The translations under genes and the position numbers were made by a program. A stretch of DNA of 64,000 bases from Antedon mediterranea. Taxonomy: Eukaryota; Animalia; Echinodermata. Positions 53,201 to 64,000 of this stretch are shown here, piece after piece. Every line of letters starts with the position of its first letter. Position 1 is the first letter of the stretch. The notes beneath the pieces were generated by a model. It saw nothing but the letters and a program-made list of their open reading frames with translations, was not told the DNA's origin and ran no database searches. The stretch covers positions 21,904,871 to 21,968,870 of the forward strand of contig NC_092676.1 of the NCBI RefSeq assembly GCF_964355755.1, read 5' to 3'.

Positions 53201-55253
53201 AGACAAAATTGTAGAATTAGGAAGAAAATATTGTAAAATATAACAAGGAAATTATACTATAGTATAATTAAGGGGTAACCGTATAATACATAATTAATAG
53301 TAATAAATGCAATGGCAAATATTATGTATACATTACAATATTACAAATAAATTCATATATTATTTTATTATGATAAGGAAATCTATTTTAGAATGAGAAA
53401 AAGCCGTCCCAACCCAGATTTGAACCCAGCTATCAATAAAGCTATAAAACAAAATAGACCATATTGTAGCCGGACTGGGTAGCGTAGACTTACTTGAGTC
53501 CTAGGTGTTATGCGCGATTTGAACGATTTGCGCAATTTGAAATTGCGCAAAAAAAATCCTTGCGCAATTTGAATTGAAACATGTGTTTCAAATTGCGCAA
53601 GCAACGTATTAAATTGCGCAAGTAATCTGCAAATTGCGCAAGGTTTTTCGACAGATTGTGAAATCATGCACACCCATATTTTTATAGTAATTTCTAAGAA
53701 TGATTCAAAATTAAAGATAAATATCGCATTTCCTTATTTTAGTAGTGCAAATATTGTTATAAGTTAGCATACCGTCGAAGAACCGACGAAGGAAAACGAA
53801 GCGGTGGTGTTCCACCAGGCGGGCGCGGCGTGGGCGGCCGGCTATACTACTCTAGCCTAGCTAGGGTCTGGACTACTGATACTGACTAGGTTTCATGGCC
53901 TAGCTTAAACTAATATTAAAAACTTAATTTTTACATTTATTTTGATTTATTTCAAGTTACAGTGATAATATTATTTAATTGTAATAATAAATGTTATGTA
54001 TTTATTACACACATCTTCGCATTTATTATGTTTTATTTTGAGTTATTTAGTTTCCAATAAATTATTATAATACCGATTGTCTGGTAGAATTTTGTTGCGC
54101 AATTTGAAAATTTACAGTTCGTTTTCAAATTGCGCAAAGGTGTCATATTGCGCAAGAACTATCTTGCGCAATTTACAAATTGTGCAGCGCAATTTAAAAT
54201 TGCGCAAAGATTTTAATTGCGCAATTTGAAATTGCGCAAAAAAATCCTTCCGCAATTTTAAATTGCGCAAGAAAAATTGCGCAAGAATTCTTTGCGCAAT
54301 TTCAAATTGCGCAAGGATTTTTTTGCGCAATTTCAAATTGCGCAAATCGTTCAAATCGCGCATAACACTAGGCCCTAGGCATAGTACGATTAGCTAGAAG
54401 GATACAGGTCAACCAGTACCCATGCCATGCCAACACGCTCGTACCCAAATTTTGGTTTACATATATCCAAAATTTTGGCTTACTCGTACCCATCATGGGC
54501 TGCCTAGTAGAAGTAGTAGTAGTAGCCTAGCCTAAGGCAGCAGGCCCGGCCCTAGCCTACTACAACTTAAGTCTAGGCCTAGCCTAGTACTAGTAGGCCT
54601 CTAGGCCTAGCCTAGGCCCTAGTAGTTAACATCATACATACGCCCTACTAGAGCCTAGTAGTAGCTACCTACTACTCACTCTAGCTAGGCCTAGGTAGTA
54701 GCAGTAGTAGTTATTGTAGTAGTATTATTGTATTGTAGTATTAGTTGTAGCTGTCCGGTGATCCTAGGCTAGGTCTAGTACGTAGTTATTCTTCAACAGT
54801 CACACAATTCAGATTCTGCCGGCCGCTGATTGCTAGTGAACAGGGGGAGGGAGAGAAAGAGTTAGAAGAACTGAAATAAGCCGTGACGTATAATAAACAT
54901 CATACAAAATAATAATATAACTAACGAATCCGTATAATATAATAATGTTGTATGTTATAAAGTAAAGTAAATGCGTTTAATATAATACAATTATATTATA
55001 ATATAATGTATTTTATTAATAATATAATATTAAATGTTCATAATATAATGCTAAAACCAAATAATATAATACAAAAAGTCAATAATTTGTTACATTTTTC
55101 ACATAATATATTAGAAATAGATATAATATAATGCTAAAACCAAGTAATATAATGCAAAACGTATAATTCATTACAATACAATATATAATATAATAAAAAA
55201 ATGATATAATAATATAATATTTTGAATACTTCAGACAGCTGAGGCTTGCCATA
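47244..55253 (-). mobile_element. Giant foldback element E4 (8010 bp including a nested MITE)
   Basis: Same termini; TSD GTATGT at 47238-47243 and 55254-55259; spacer ~50727-50910. Confidence 0.92.
53506..54367. mobile_element. 862-bp Ginger-like MITE nested in the right arm of E4, rich in TTGCGCAA
   Basis: ~65-bp TIRs TGTTATGCGCGATTTGAACG.../...CGTTCAAATCGCGCATAACA; CTAGG on both sides (53501-53505, 54368-54372); absent from the other seven arms. Confidence 0.85.
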
Positions 55254-56673
55254 GTATGTAACGATTTCAGTTATTGAATTCTCTTTTATAAATTTGTATT
55301 TTAATTTTGTTACTTTTACTGCATTTCTCAGTTATATTTATCAAAAATTCAGTGGTTTTTTTTTAAAGAGTGAAGTGCGACCACACACCGGTAGGAGATG
55401 GAATCAGCCTTTCAGTCATCGGTGCGTTTTGAATTATTATTATTTTATTGTTCTTGGGCATGATCCTATTGTATCCGTTTGTTGTTAGTATTTGTATTCT
55501 TATGAGTATTAGAATATGCCACCGATTTAATTTATATTCAATAAAATTATGTTATCATCTGAAACGGTGGAAGATTATTCGACTACTTATACACAGTATA
55601 GATGAGCTGTTTTCTATCCTGCCTTTATGGTCACACAAATATCCAATATAATTATATAATATAAGAATGTGTACATACATTAATTTAAATAAGCAACAAC
55701 TTTTTTATCGATTTACTTTATATATATATATATATAGGCCTAGGCTTACAACATGCAACCATTCTATTGGCAGAAAACCATGTTTGAAAAAAACAACATA
55801 GACACCACTGTACTGGATATAGTTATAAATAAAACTACATTAACTAGCAGAATTAAGACAAATCTAAATTACTTTTCAAAGTTACGTTTCTGTTTCTGCT
55901 GTAGTAGTTGTATGAACTTGCTCAAATAAAAGGCACTAAAATCAATTACTTTACCTCCAAATCATGTTTGCGTCGCAACTAATTTACCTGCAAAGCAATG
56001 GTTGTTTGATCTTATTTTTTACTTGCAATGCGAAAACCAGGCACATCGAGAATCTTGATAGTAAAACTTATCTTATACTAAAGTAGTTTCACACACTGAA
56101 ATTGTTATTATAATCAGATAAATGTTACCAACATTTGAAAACGTATTTATCTTTAATACGGAGGAGACCTTTTTTACTGTACATTTAAACATTTATTTAC
56201 ATAAATGGAAAATTATGACAATAAATAAAGGAAAATCGAATAGATATTAGTAAAACTGTATTCAGAATAAAAAAAAAAGCTATCCTACGATACCAAACAG
56301 TAAAGTATTTGAAAAAATTAAAATGTTGACCTTTGACCTTTTTGGTCACGTGACTTGTTTTATTGTTAAATAACTATGTAACTATGCATTTTTTGATATG
56401 GATGTAATGGGATAAAATGATCAGTATTATATTCCATTTCCGATGATACCATGGATGACAAAGTTCAGTGTGGAATGTCGGCCATTTTGAAATACAAAAT
56501 GGCGGCGGAAGGAGTGGTCGAAAAAATGGCACCTAACTTTTTTGAATTCAGCAACTCAAGAATAACAAAGTTAGCCAATAAAATCTATTGTGGCACTAAT
56601 ATCGAGCTGGAGCTAGTTTTCCTTACATATGTGACTGTACTATATACATGCTAAAATGTTTATTATTTCTAAG

Positions 56674-56740
56674 GGTAATGATAACAAGGATGGCAAAGTT
56701 GAAAATTACATATAGAACATTTTCAACGGTGATACTGGTG
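56674..56740 (+). pseudogene. Orphan exon 2 of a further C4-like paralog
   Basis: ag|GNDNKDGKVENYI*NIFNGDTG|gtaag; the conserved TGG codon is TAG at 56713-56715. Confidence 0.85.
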
Positions 56741-57015
56741 GTAAGGTTATAATTGTAAATCGTTGTATAGCGTTCACGATTGAACTAAACTTCTAGATAT
56801 ACTGTTCTCAACAGAACCATCTGCGTGGATTACTTAAAACCACGTCTGCGTGGATTACTTAAAACCACGAAGCATTTTTTATGTACTAAAAGCAGACAAG
56901 GAAATATTATTTCTAGTCCGGTGGCAGAAGGGGGGATATCACCACCCGAAAGGGGACAAATTGCCATCCAACTTTTCTAGACCAGAATTTTCCGTAGATT
57001 ACGAATATGGAAGGT

Positions 57016-60000
57016 AATCGATCAGGATAGGAAGCGTTTTCGAGATATAAGCGGTCAAAGTTCAAAATTGACCAATATAAAAACATGCTATATCTCTGGA
57101 AATTCTGGACGTAGTGAGATAATTTTGGTGTCAAATTGTTCCCAATGTATATGTTTATATTAGCTCTAACAGAACTTTCTTTGAAAAATTGACCGGAAAC
57201 CCCATTGTTAGCAATTTTGACCTTTGACCTCTTTTTGGTATATCTAAGTAACGGCAGGTCGGAGAGAATTAAAAATAGGAGCAAATTGTTCCCAAGATAT
57301 ACATTTATATTCAGTATAACAGATGATATTGCTTGAAAATAACCGGAAGTGTGGTTATTAACCTTTGACATAATTGAATAAGGTTATAAAAACATAAATT
57401 AATAACTATTTGTCGTAAGGAGCCAGTTTTGGTGTCAAATTGTTTACAATATATATGTTTATACTTGCCATAATGCAACATTTTTTTCAAAAAGTGACTC
57501 AAACACCTATTTTTCTGTAATGTTAACCTTTGACCTGTTTTTCTCATCTAAATAACGACATGGCATAGAGATTTCTAACGGCAAATTGTTTATAATAGAT
57601 ATTTTTATTAAATCTAATAGATTATACTGTTTGAAAAATACAAGTGTGATTATTGCCTTGAAATCCTGTACATAAGAGCCTATCAGGGCGGATTTAATTC
57701 AAAGAGGTGTGGAAGGGGAATAATACTATTACTATACAGTACAATGTCTTTCTTTTGAGCAATTTCAATCAGGTATCCATGTATCTCCAATAAACGCAAT
57801 GTACGGCTCATAGAGAATTCAGAAGTTACCCTTGGTTCATTTTGGCAAATCCATATGGGTTCCTTTTAAAAGGATTGAGGGTGCACAGACAGGCTTTTCC
57901 CATGGCTTAATATTGGAACCTACAGTTTTAGTTACCCGATATATTTCTAACACAGTAACTTATGTAGCCAAATGCATTGATCCGATACAGGAGCCAAATG
58001 TAGAACTGAACCTACAGTAGAGAACCACAGAAGGGTCTAAATAGATGACCTGCTGTTGTTTCATTTTAGGCAAAATCCAAATCGGTTCCTTAAGGATCGA
58101 GAGTGCACAGGCAGCTTTATTCCATGTGCCTGTCTATATAAACACACATTGTCACCCCTTATATTTCCATTATGAGGCTTAATGTCCATGGATGACCGGC
58201 CCTTGGGTTAATTTGGGCAAATCCATAAGTGTTCCTTAAGGATCGAGAGTGCAAGGCAGCTTTATTCCATGGGCCCCGCCTGTCTATTATGAACCCACAG
58301 TGTCACCCCTTATATGTCCATTATGGGGCTTAATGTCCATCCATGGAGGACCGGCTTTTGGGGGTTAATTTGGGTAAATCCATAAGTATTCCTTAAGGAT
58401 CGAGAGTGCACAGGCAGCTTTATTCCATGTGCCTGTCTATATAAACCCACAGTGTCACCCATTATATTTCCATTATGGGGCTTAATGTCCATCCATGGAG
58501 GACCGGCCCTTGGGTTAATTTGGGCAAATCCATAAGTGTTCCTTAAGGATCGGGAGTGCACAGGCAGCTTTATTTCATGGTTCTGCCTGTCTATATAAAC
58601 CCACAGTGTCACCCATTATATTTCCATTATGGGGCTTAATGTCCATGGAGGACCGGCCCTTGGTTTAATTTGGGCAAATCCATACATTTTTCTTAAGGAT
58701 CGAGAGTGCACAGGCAGCTTAATTCATGGGCCGCGCCTGTCTATATGAACTCACAGTGTCACCCCTTATATTTCCATTATGGGGCTTAATGTCCATCCAT
58801 GGAGAACGACCGGCCCTTGGGTTCATTTGGGCAAATCCATAAATGTTATTTAAAGATTGAGGGTGCACATTTAGTTTTATTCCATAGTTCATCTATGAAC
58901 TATTTACCCCATACTAATTTCTAATACAGGGCCTTATGTAGCACACCACATAGAGATCCCAAAAGGGTCCTTAGAGGGTTGTGGATTGAGTTTGGCCACC
59001 TGGATCTGCCTATGCCCTATCCTGTACGAATTGGTATTCTCTGGTTCTGATGAATAGTAGTTTATTTTCCAAAAACGAATATTGTAGCCTTAATAAATGC
59101 AACTGTATAGTGGCAAATCATTGAAGGTCAGCGCAACATTTTAACATCATAACATTTTAATCGTCATAATATTAATTTTATTATTTATTTTACAGTATTA
59201 TATTAATACATTAAAAATAATGCGCACTAGAAAAAATATAAAAATACCATAACTTCACTGATCAAATAACGTGATTTCATTTATGAACATCGATCTCATA
59301 GTTTGACTAACTTTGCATTATTTAGTATATCATTTATTCACATGTTGACCTTTGACCCATGTCAACTTGTGTAATGATAAATGTGCTCTTTTGATTGTGT
59401 ATGATTGATAGATGTCTTAAGAGAATTATAAAACATAACATTTTGTCTTAAATGTTAGTTTTTATTTGGTTTTAAATGCAAGTTGTGTGATTGGTCAATA
59501 TTGACATTTGACCTTTAATTGCAAAGTATTTGTTTTATAAGGCGACTGAATAACACCATACAATACCTATAACCATACAAATGTATTAAAAGACCAAATT
59601 GAACTTTAATAAATTGATTATAATACATATGTATATAATACATTGTTATAATTGGTCAATTTTGAACTTTGACCCCTTATCTCTTCCTATTCGCTTCCTA
59701 TCCTGATCGAAGTCTGATTTGATTAAATACAGTACTATTATAATGAAATAACATAACTTTACTAATCAAATAATTTGATTACTTGTAAAACCATCAGTAT
59801 CATAGTTTGGACAACTTTGCGGCATTTATTTGTTAACTAATACGCGTATTAAAATGTTGACTTTTGACCTTATGTCAACTGATGAAATTGACCTTATGTC
59901 AACTGATGAAATGATGTATTCGCTTTTTACATTGCGTATGATTGATTAACAGGATGAGAAAACATCCAATTTTTATTAAATATTAGTTTTTATTTGGTTT

Positions 60001-60231
60001 TATAGGTACGTTCTATGATTGGTCAATATTGACATTTGACCCTTAATCACAAAGGATTTTTTTTCCATAAGGTGATTGAATAGACACTTATAATCATAAA
60101 AATGTAATAAAAGACCAAATTGTGCTTCAATAAATTTGTTATAATACATATACATAATACATTGTTGTAATTGGTCAATTTTGAACTTTGACCCCTTATA
60201 TCTCAAAAACGCTTCCTATCCTGATCGATTA
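57016..60231. mobile_element. Degenerate inverted-repeat element(s) rich in TGACCTTTGACC-like motifs, with a ~520-bp tandem duplication on the right
   Basis: AATCGATCAGGATAGGAAGCGTTTTCGAGATATAAG..GTCAAAGTTCAAAATTGACCAAT (57016-57077) is inverted at 60170-60230 and again at ~59650-59709. Confidence 0.6.
58070..58885. repeat. Minisatellite, ~150-157-bp unit, about 5.5 copies
   Basis: AAATCCATAAGTGTTCCTTAAGGATCGAGAGTGCACAGGCAGCTTT recurs at ~58073, 58219, 58376, 58526, 58676 and 58833; degenerate copy at ~57847. Confidence 0.9.
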
Positions 60232-60406
60232 CTGGTCGAGAGAGTGGTCTACTCTATGATAGATGATAATGACATCTTTCGTGTACATATTATAACAATT
60301 AGTAATATTATTGGTAATTACGTTTCCCTATCCTCTATTCCATACTTTTAATGTTGAATATTTTCCTCACTACTCCTAAAATGAATACGTATCATAGAGG
60401 CGTGCA

Positions 60407-61127
60407 AAGGTTTAACTTTCCTCAAACAATACATTTTATCCATACAGAACGTTTTAGTAATATAGTACAATTATCATTTTCCTTTTGCTTTTTTATGCAT
60501 TATACACGAAACGTGTCTAATGATTAATTGAAGTAAAGACTACATAAGCCTTTGTTCAAACAAGTGATATGATACGATAAAAGCGTGCGTTACATAACGT
60601 ACAAATGATACGATTCATATAACTTAGAATAAGGTGTATGAATATATCTCAACCGAATCTCGTCATACACCCACTATGCAATATAAACGACATAGCCTAT
60701 CTTCAAAATACATTATTATAATAATAATAATAGTTCATTCTTATATAGCGTATATAAGCAAACTCTCAATGCCCTGAACATTATTACCCCAGTTATTTTT
60801 TTGGATCAAACACGTATGGAAACATACTTCCATAATGCAGGTAGTAATCAGCACAAAGTTGTGTCTTGATATAACCGGGTACCCATTTATACACCTGGGT
60901 GGAGAGAGGCAAACATAAGTAAATTATCTTGCCTACGGATACAAGAAATGCGGCGAGAGTTGGATTCGAACCTCGGTCTCACGATCCAACACACTGCGCC
61001 ACACGCCTTCCCGATTTTCGGCAAGCCAGGTGTGACTGATTTAACTGTTCATATTAAGCATACGATGTCGCTTTGTTTATAGCCACCCAAAGAACGGTTT
61101 CAAGAAATGCTAGAGTTGTGTATACAT
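60407..61127 (+). pseudogene. Remnants of another C4-like unit: proximal promoter (60407-60562) and internally deleted exon 3 (61081-61127)
   Basis: AAGGTTTAACTTT..CAAACA and CATAAGCCTTTGTTCAAACA match the paralog promoters; AGCCACCCAA...CAAGAAATGCTAGAGTTGTGTATACA matches exon 3. Confidence 0.6.
60716..61008 (-). mobile_element. tRNA-derived SINE
   Basis: Minus-strand A-box-like GTGGCGCAGTG and B box GGTTCGAATCC; core CCACCCAGGTGTATAAATGGGTACC; (ATT)n tail at ~60716-60732. Confidence 0.8.
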
Positions 61128-62302
61128 ATTCAACTCATAATTTGTATACCTTAAAATCTAGAAAAGAATATTTTGTACACAAAAATGGCTTCTAATCCAT
61201 TCAATGTTGTAACTCTTTCAGTGTTTATTGCTCTGCCAACACTGTAACAATTACGCCCTCTTTATCGTCACACAAATAATGTTCTACTCACAACTTGTGA
61301 GAGGGAGTATGCTTATGCTACAATACCTCACTAACGTAATACTTTTAATTTTAGCAAGTAATACTTTTTAATCCCCTAACCAAATGACCCATGAGACACG
61401 CAATCAAAATGAAAACTAACACTATTTGATATTTTAGTGAAAATAATAAAAGGATTGAAGAATGTTTAGTCTATAGAAAAAAAAACAGGCGTAAGAAAAG
61501 GCGTCACAAACTAGACAGCAGTTTGGACTAACAAAGCAGACAAACTATAAATGACGTACACATTTGTTTAAAAAATAGTCAATTTGCACACTAACAATTG
61601 TGTATCATACTAAGTCTATGGTCAATGGTGTATTTATCTTTTAATTGTGGCACGCGAATTTTATCACTAAAATCACGTATCCGTGTCGATGCATATTATA
61701 GTGAGCCCATATTATCAGCATTACCGATTGCCTATTTGACCGGTTGTATTTGATAATATATGTCCAAGGGCATCTGTTATATACTTTATAGCAATTACAA
61801 ACATAACAAAATCAAACATTGTGATGATATTGAAAATGTAAATTGTCAAAACATCACGTTAACATACACAAACTAATCAGAAACACATGACGCCATGTAT
61901 GTACGATACAAATTTTCCGGAAAAAATCAATACCACATTTTTTGAAGATATTAAAATATTCTAACTGATTTTAAAAAAAATAAGATGTTGGACCAAGTTG
62001 GTTAGCTCTAAATGAGCTTACTCTCCTAACAAATTATCTTAAGTTTAAATATTTTAATCAATTTTAATTTTCATATTCTTGAAATAAGCATATAAAAACA
62101 CGTCGACAAACACGCTAAACAGACAGAACGTGATGTACCATCCTTCAGTGTTTTAGAAATCCGTGTATAGTATACAAAAAACACCATTAGTTAGAACTAC
62201 ATATGGATTTGTAAACAGAAAAATCCGAAATACAGACTATAAATAACGGGATGTGTAACGATTTATTTCAAATTTGAAGAAGGCACATCAATGGTAACCA
62301 AG

Positions 62303-63733
62303 ATGAAGATCGTCAACTACGTCGCAATGTTTTCCTGTCTAATTTTTCTGAATCATGCCACAAAGGTAAGACACACTCAATTTTATAGAAAGAGTAGGCC
62401 TACCCAGCTAACCCTAATCCTAAATTAACCTAGAGGGAAGTTATCTAGAAGATAGTTGGTGTAAATCTAGTAAAAGCACTTGCGCATTTATAAAAAAACT
62501 AATTTTTGAATGGTGTTTTTAAGGAATAAATCTCAAAGCGATAACGCAAGGTAATATTAAAGACATTTGTTTGTTTAAAATGTTGTTTTTTTTGTTTCAA
62601 TATGAATTTGTTATGCCAAATAATAGTTATACACTTTGACCAAAAATTTGATCGAAAAAACAATATTATTACCTTACAAAAATTCAAATTGACTGGAAGT
62701 CAGCAATGTTTTGGTTGAAGTAACCGTTTATTTTGTCTTGTTATAAGTCAAAACATGGGGTTTTTAAAGTTTTAATTTTATACGGAAGTGAAGTGACTAT
62801 ATTAAAAGTGTGAAGTGGCCTATTCAAAAACATTTTTAGTCGCGTGCAACCTTACAGCTCACTACGTCGGCCAATTGGTCGTTCGGTCAGTTGGTCTGTC
62901 GGTCGGCTGGTCGGTAAAAACTAACTTGAGCACGCGACTGCAGCCATGTATATGTAAATTAATCTTACTTTTTCAGGTTTTGGGGGACAACATACATTTA
63001 ACAAACTGAAACTAATGTGACTATGCATGTGAAATGGATATTGTGTGTCATCAACTGAAACTGATTAGCCTTAATACAATTTAATTAATTAACAAGAAGA
63101 TTACAATTAATCACTTGATATTTGCTGAATTGTTTAGCTTTATATTATAACACATTTAATCAAATGAGAATGTCTTGAAGCTAAAGGTTGTGTTTTGTGA
63201 AGTTTTCTACTTTAATCGCGTTTTCTCGAAGCACGGTTTTCATCAAACACTACGCGGAGCGATTAGCCACTTTGTGGTGTCGTCACCATAGCGATATCTA
63301 ACAGCACTTAATTTTCCATACGCGAAAGTTTTTGTCAATTCTTTTTAATACTATAGAGGAATGTTTAAGTTCCTAGATGCTTATCGGGTAAAAAAAAGCC
63401 AACAATATCGGCATGTGTTTAAGGCCTACAGGTAGTTCTGGTTCGAATAAGGACTATAAACCGTAGGTGAAGTGTACAGTTGGCCGGTCTGCACTTTAAA
63501 GCACTTTGAGCAGGCGGTTTACCTCGGTGAACTGGTTGACAAAAATACTCTGTGTCAGGAGGATTACCTACAGACATACATAAAACATACATAAAATACA
63601 AAAAAAAAAGGTTCAAACCGCATGGACCTTCTAAAAATGTTCATTATTTTAAAGGATGATGATGATGACGATGCAGCCGACAATGTTGTAAATTACATAT
63701 GGAACATACTCGGCGGTGGCGGTGATGATGTTG
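62303..63733 (+). CDS. Further C4-like paralog, exon 1 (62303-62365) and exon 2 (63655-63733); continues beyond the window end
   Basis: MKIVNYVAMFSCLIFLNHATK|DDDDDDAADNVVNYIWNILGGGGDDV|G; GT-AG in phase; TATAAA at ~62238; conserved CACCATTAGTT upstream; in-frame upstream ATG at 62291. Confidence 0.85.
63440..63570 (+). mobile_element. Nin-like SINE fragment in intron 1
   Basis: ATAAGGACTATAAACCGTAGGT is the reverse complement of the motif at ~7438-7459. Confidence 0.5.
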
Positions 63734-64000
63734 GTAAGATTTCAATGTATTTCATGTTGGACAATGTATGTAAGTATTCTAAAATAGTATTATCTTAAAC
63801 AGTAGGTCTATCACCTAAAAAATAATTTAACATTTCACGAATACCAGTATAGTTTAAAACTATAGCGTAATATTTAAAGTTATGTAGTTTAACTGAATAT
63901 GGAATAAAATAAAGTATTTATTTAAGATTTATAATGATAAATAATATCATTTACAGCAAAATCATTAAATTGTTGAAATGAAATTCATTTTTATACGTCT

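Larger units (their letters stand above)
24059..56611. mobile_element. Older TIR element (~2.9 kb once the insertions are removed) hosting all four giant palindromes
   Basis: 24059-~24465 is a diverged reverse complement of ~56205-56611, e.g. TCCAGCTCGA...GTTAGGTGCCATTTTTTTCGACCACTCCTTC versus GAAGGAGTGGTCGAAAAAATGGCACCTAAC...TCGAGCTGGA. Confidence 0.8.

Noticed and set aside
54112-54363. 83-aa LRN/AQF-repeat ORF
   Set aside because: Translation artefact of the TTGCGCAA repeats in the MITE.
24688-55253. Polinton/Maverick interpretation (6-bp TSD, long TIRs)
   Set aside because: No polB, integrase or capsid ORFs, and the termini are TATGG rather than AG-repeat.
24688-55253. Pure assembly or amplification fold-back artefact
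   Set aside because: The arms differ by consistent diagnostic indels, each insertion has its own TSD, and one arm has a private nested MITE. An artefact is unlikely, though read-level confirmation is still needed.
58070-58885. CRISPR-like array
   Set aside because: Whole ~150-bp units repeat with no unique spacers; eukaryotic context and no cas genes.
60950-61008. tRNA gene
   Set aside because: No complete cloverleaf; it is the head of a SINE with core and tail.

Overview
AT-rich, intron-containing eukaryotic DNA, most likely a marine invertebrate deuterostome such as an echinoderm (inference from gene families and repeat types). (1) 350-2916, minus strand: 5' part of a cytosolic sulfotransferase gene with two duplicated 181-nt first coding exons. 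(2) 5051-18969, plus strand: a tandem array of four 4-exon genes encoding small secreted proteins with a short-chain-collagen-C4-like (NC1-type) Cys-rich domain but no collagen helix. Three are intact and one is a pseudogene. The array resumes with remnants at 56.7 and 61.1 kb and an apparently intact paralog starting at 62303. (3) About 19.4-56.6 kb: an island of nested DNA transposons. It is dominated by four ~7-kb, almost fully palindromic, non-coding foldback elements with TATGG...CCATA ends and 6-bp target-site duplications (IS3EU-like hallmarks). Two of them share one TSD and form a 14.7-kb composite 'palindrome of palindromes' around a captured 211-bp LINE fragment. All three insertions sit inside one older ~2.9-kb TIR element, and the arms show signs of arm-to-arm gene conversion. 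Coordinates and alignments were read by eye; no database searches were run.
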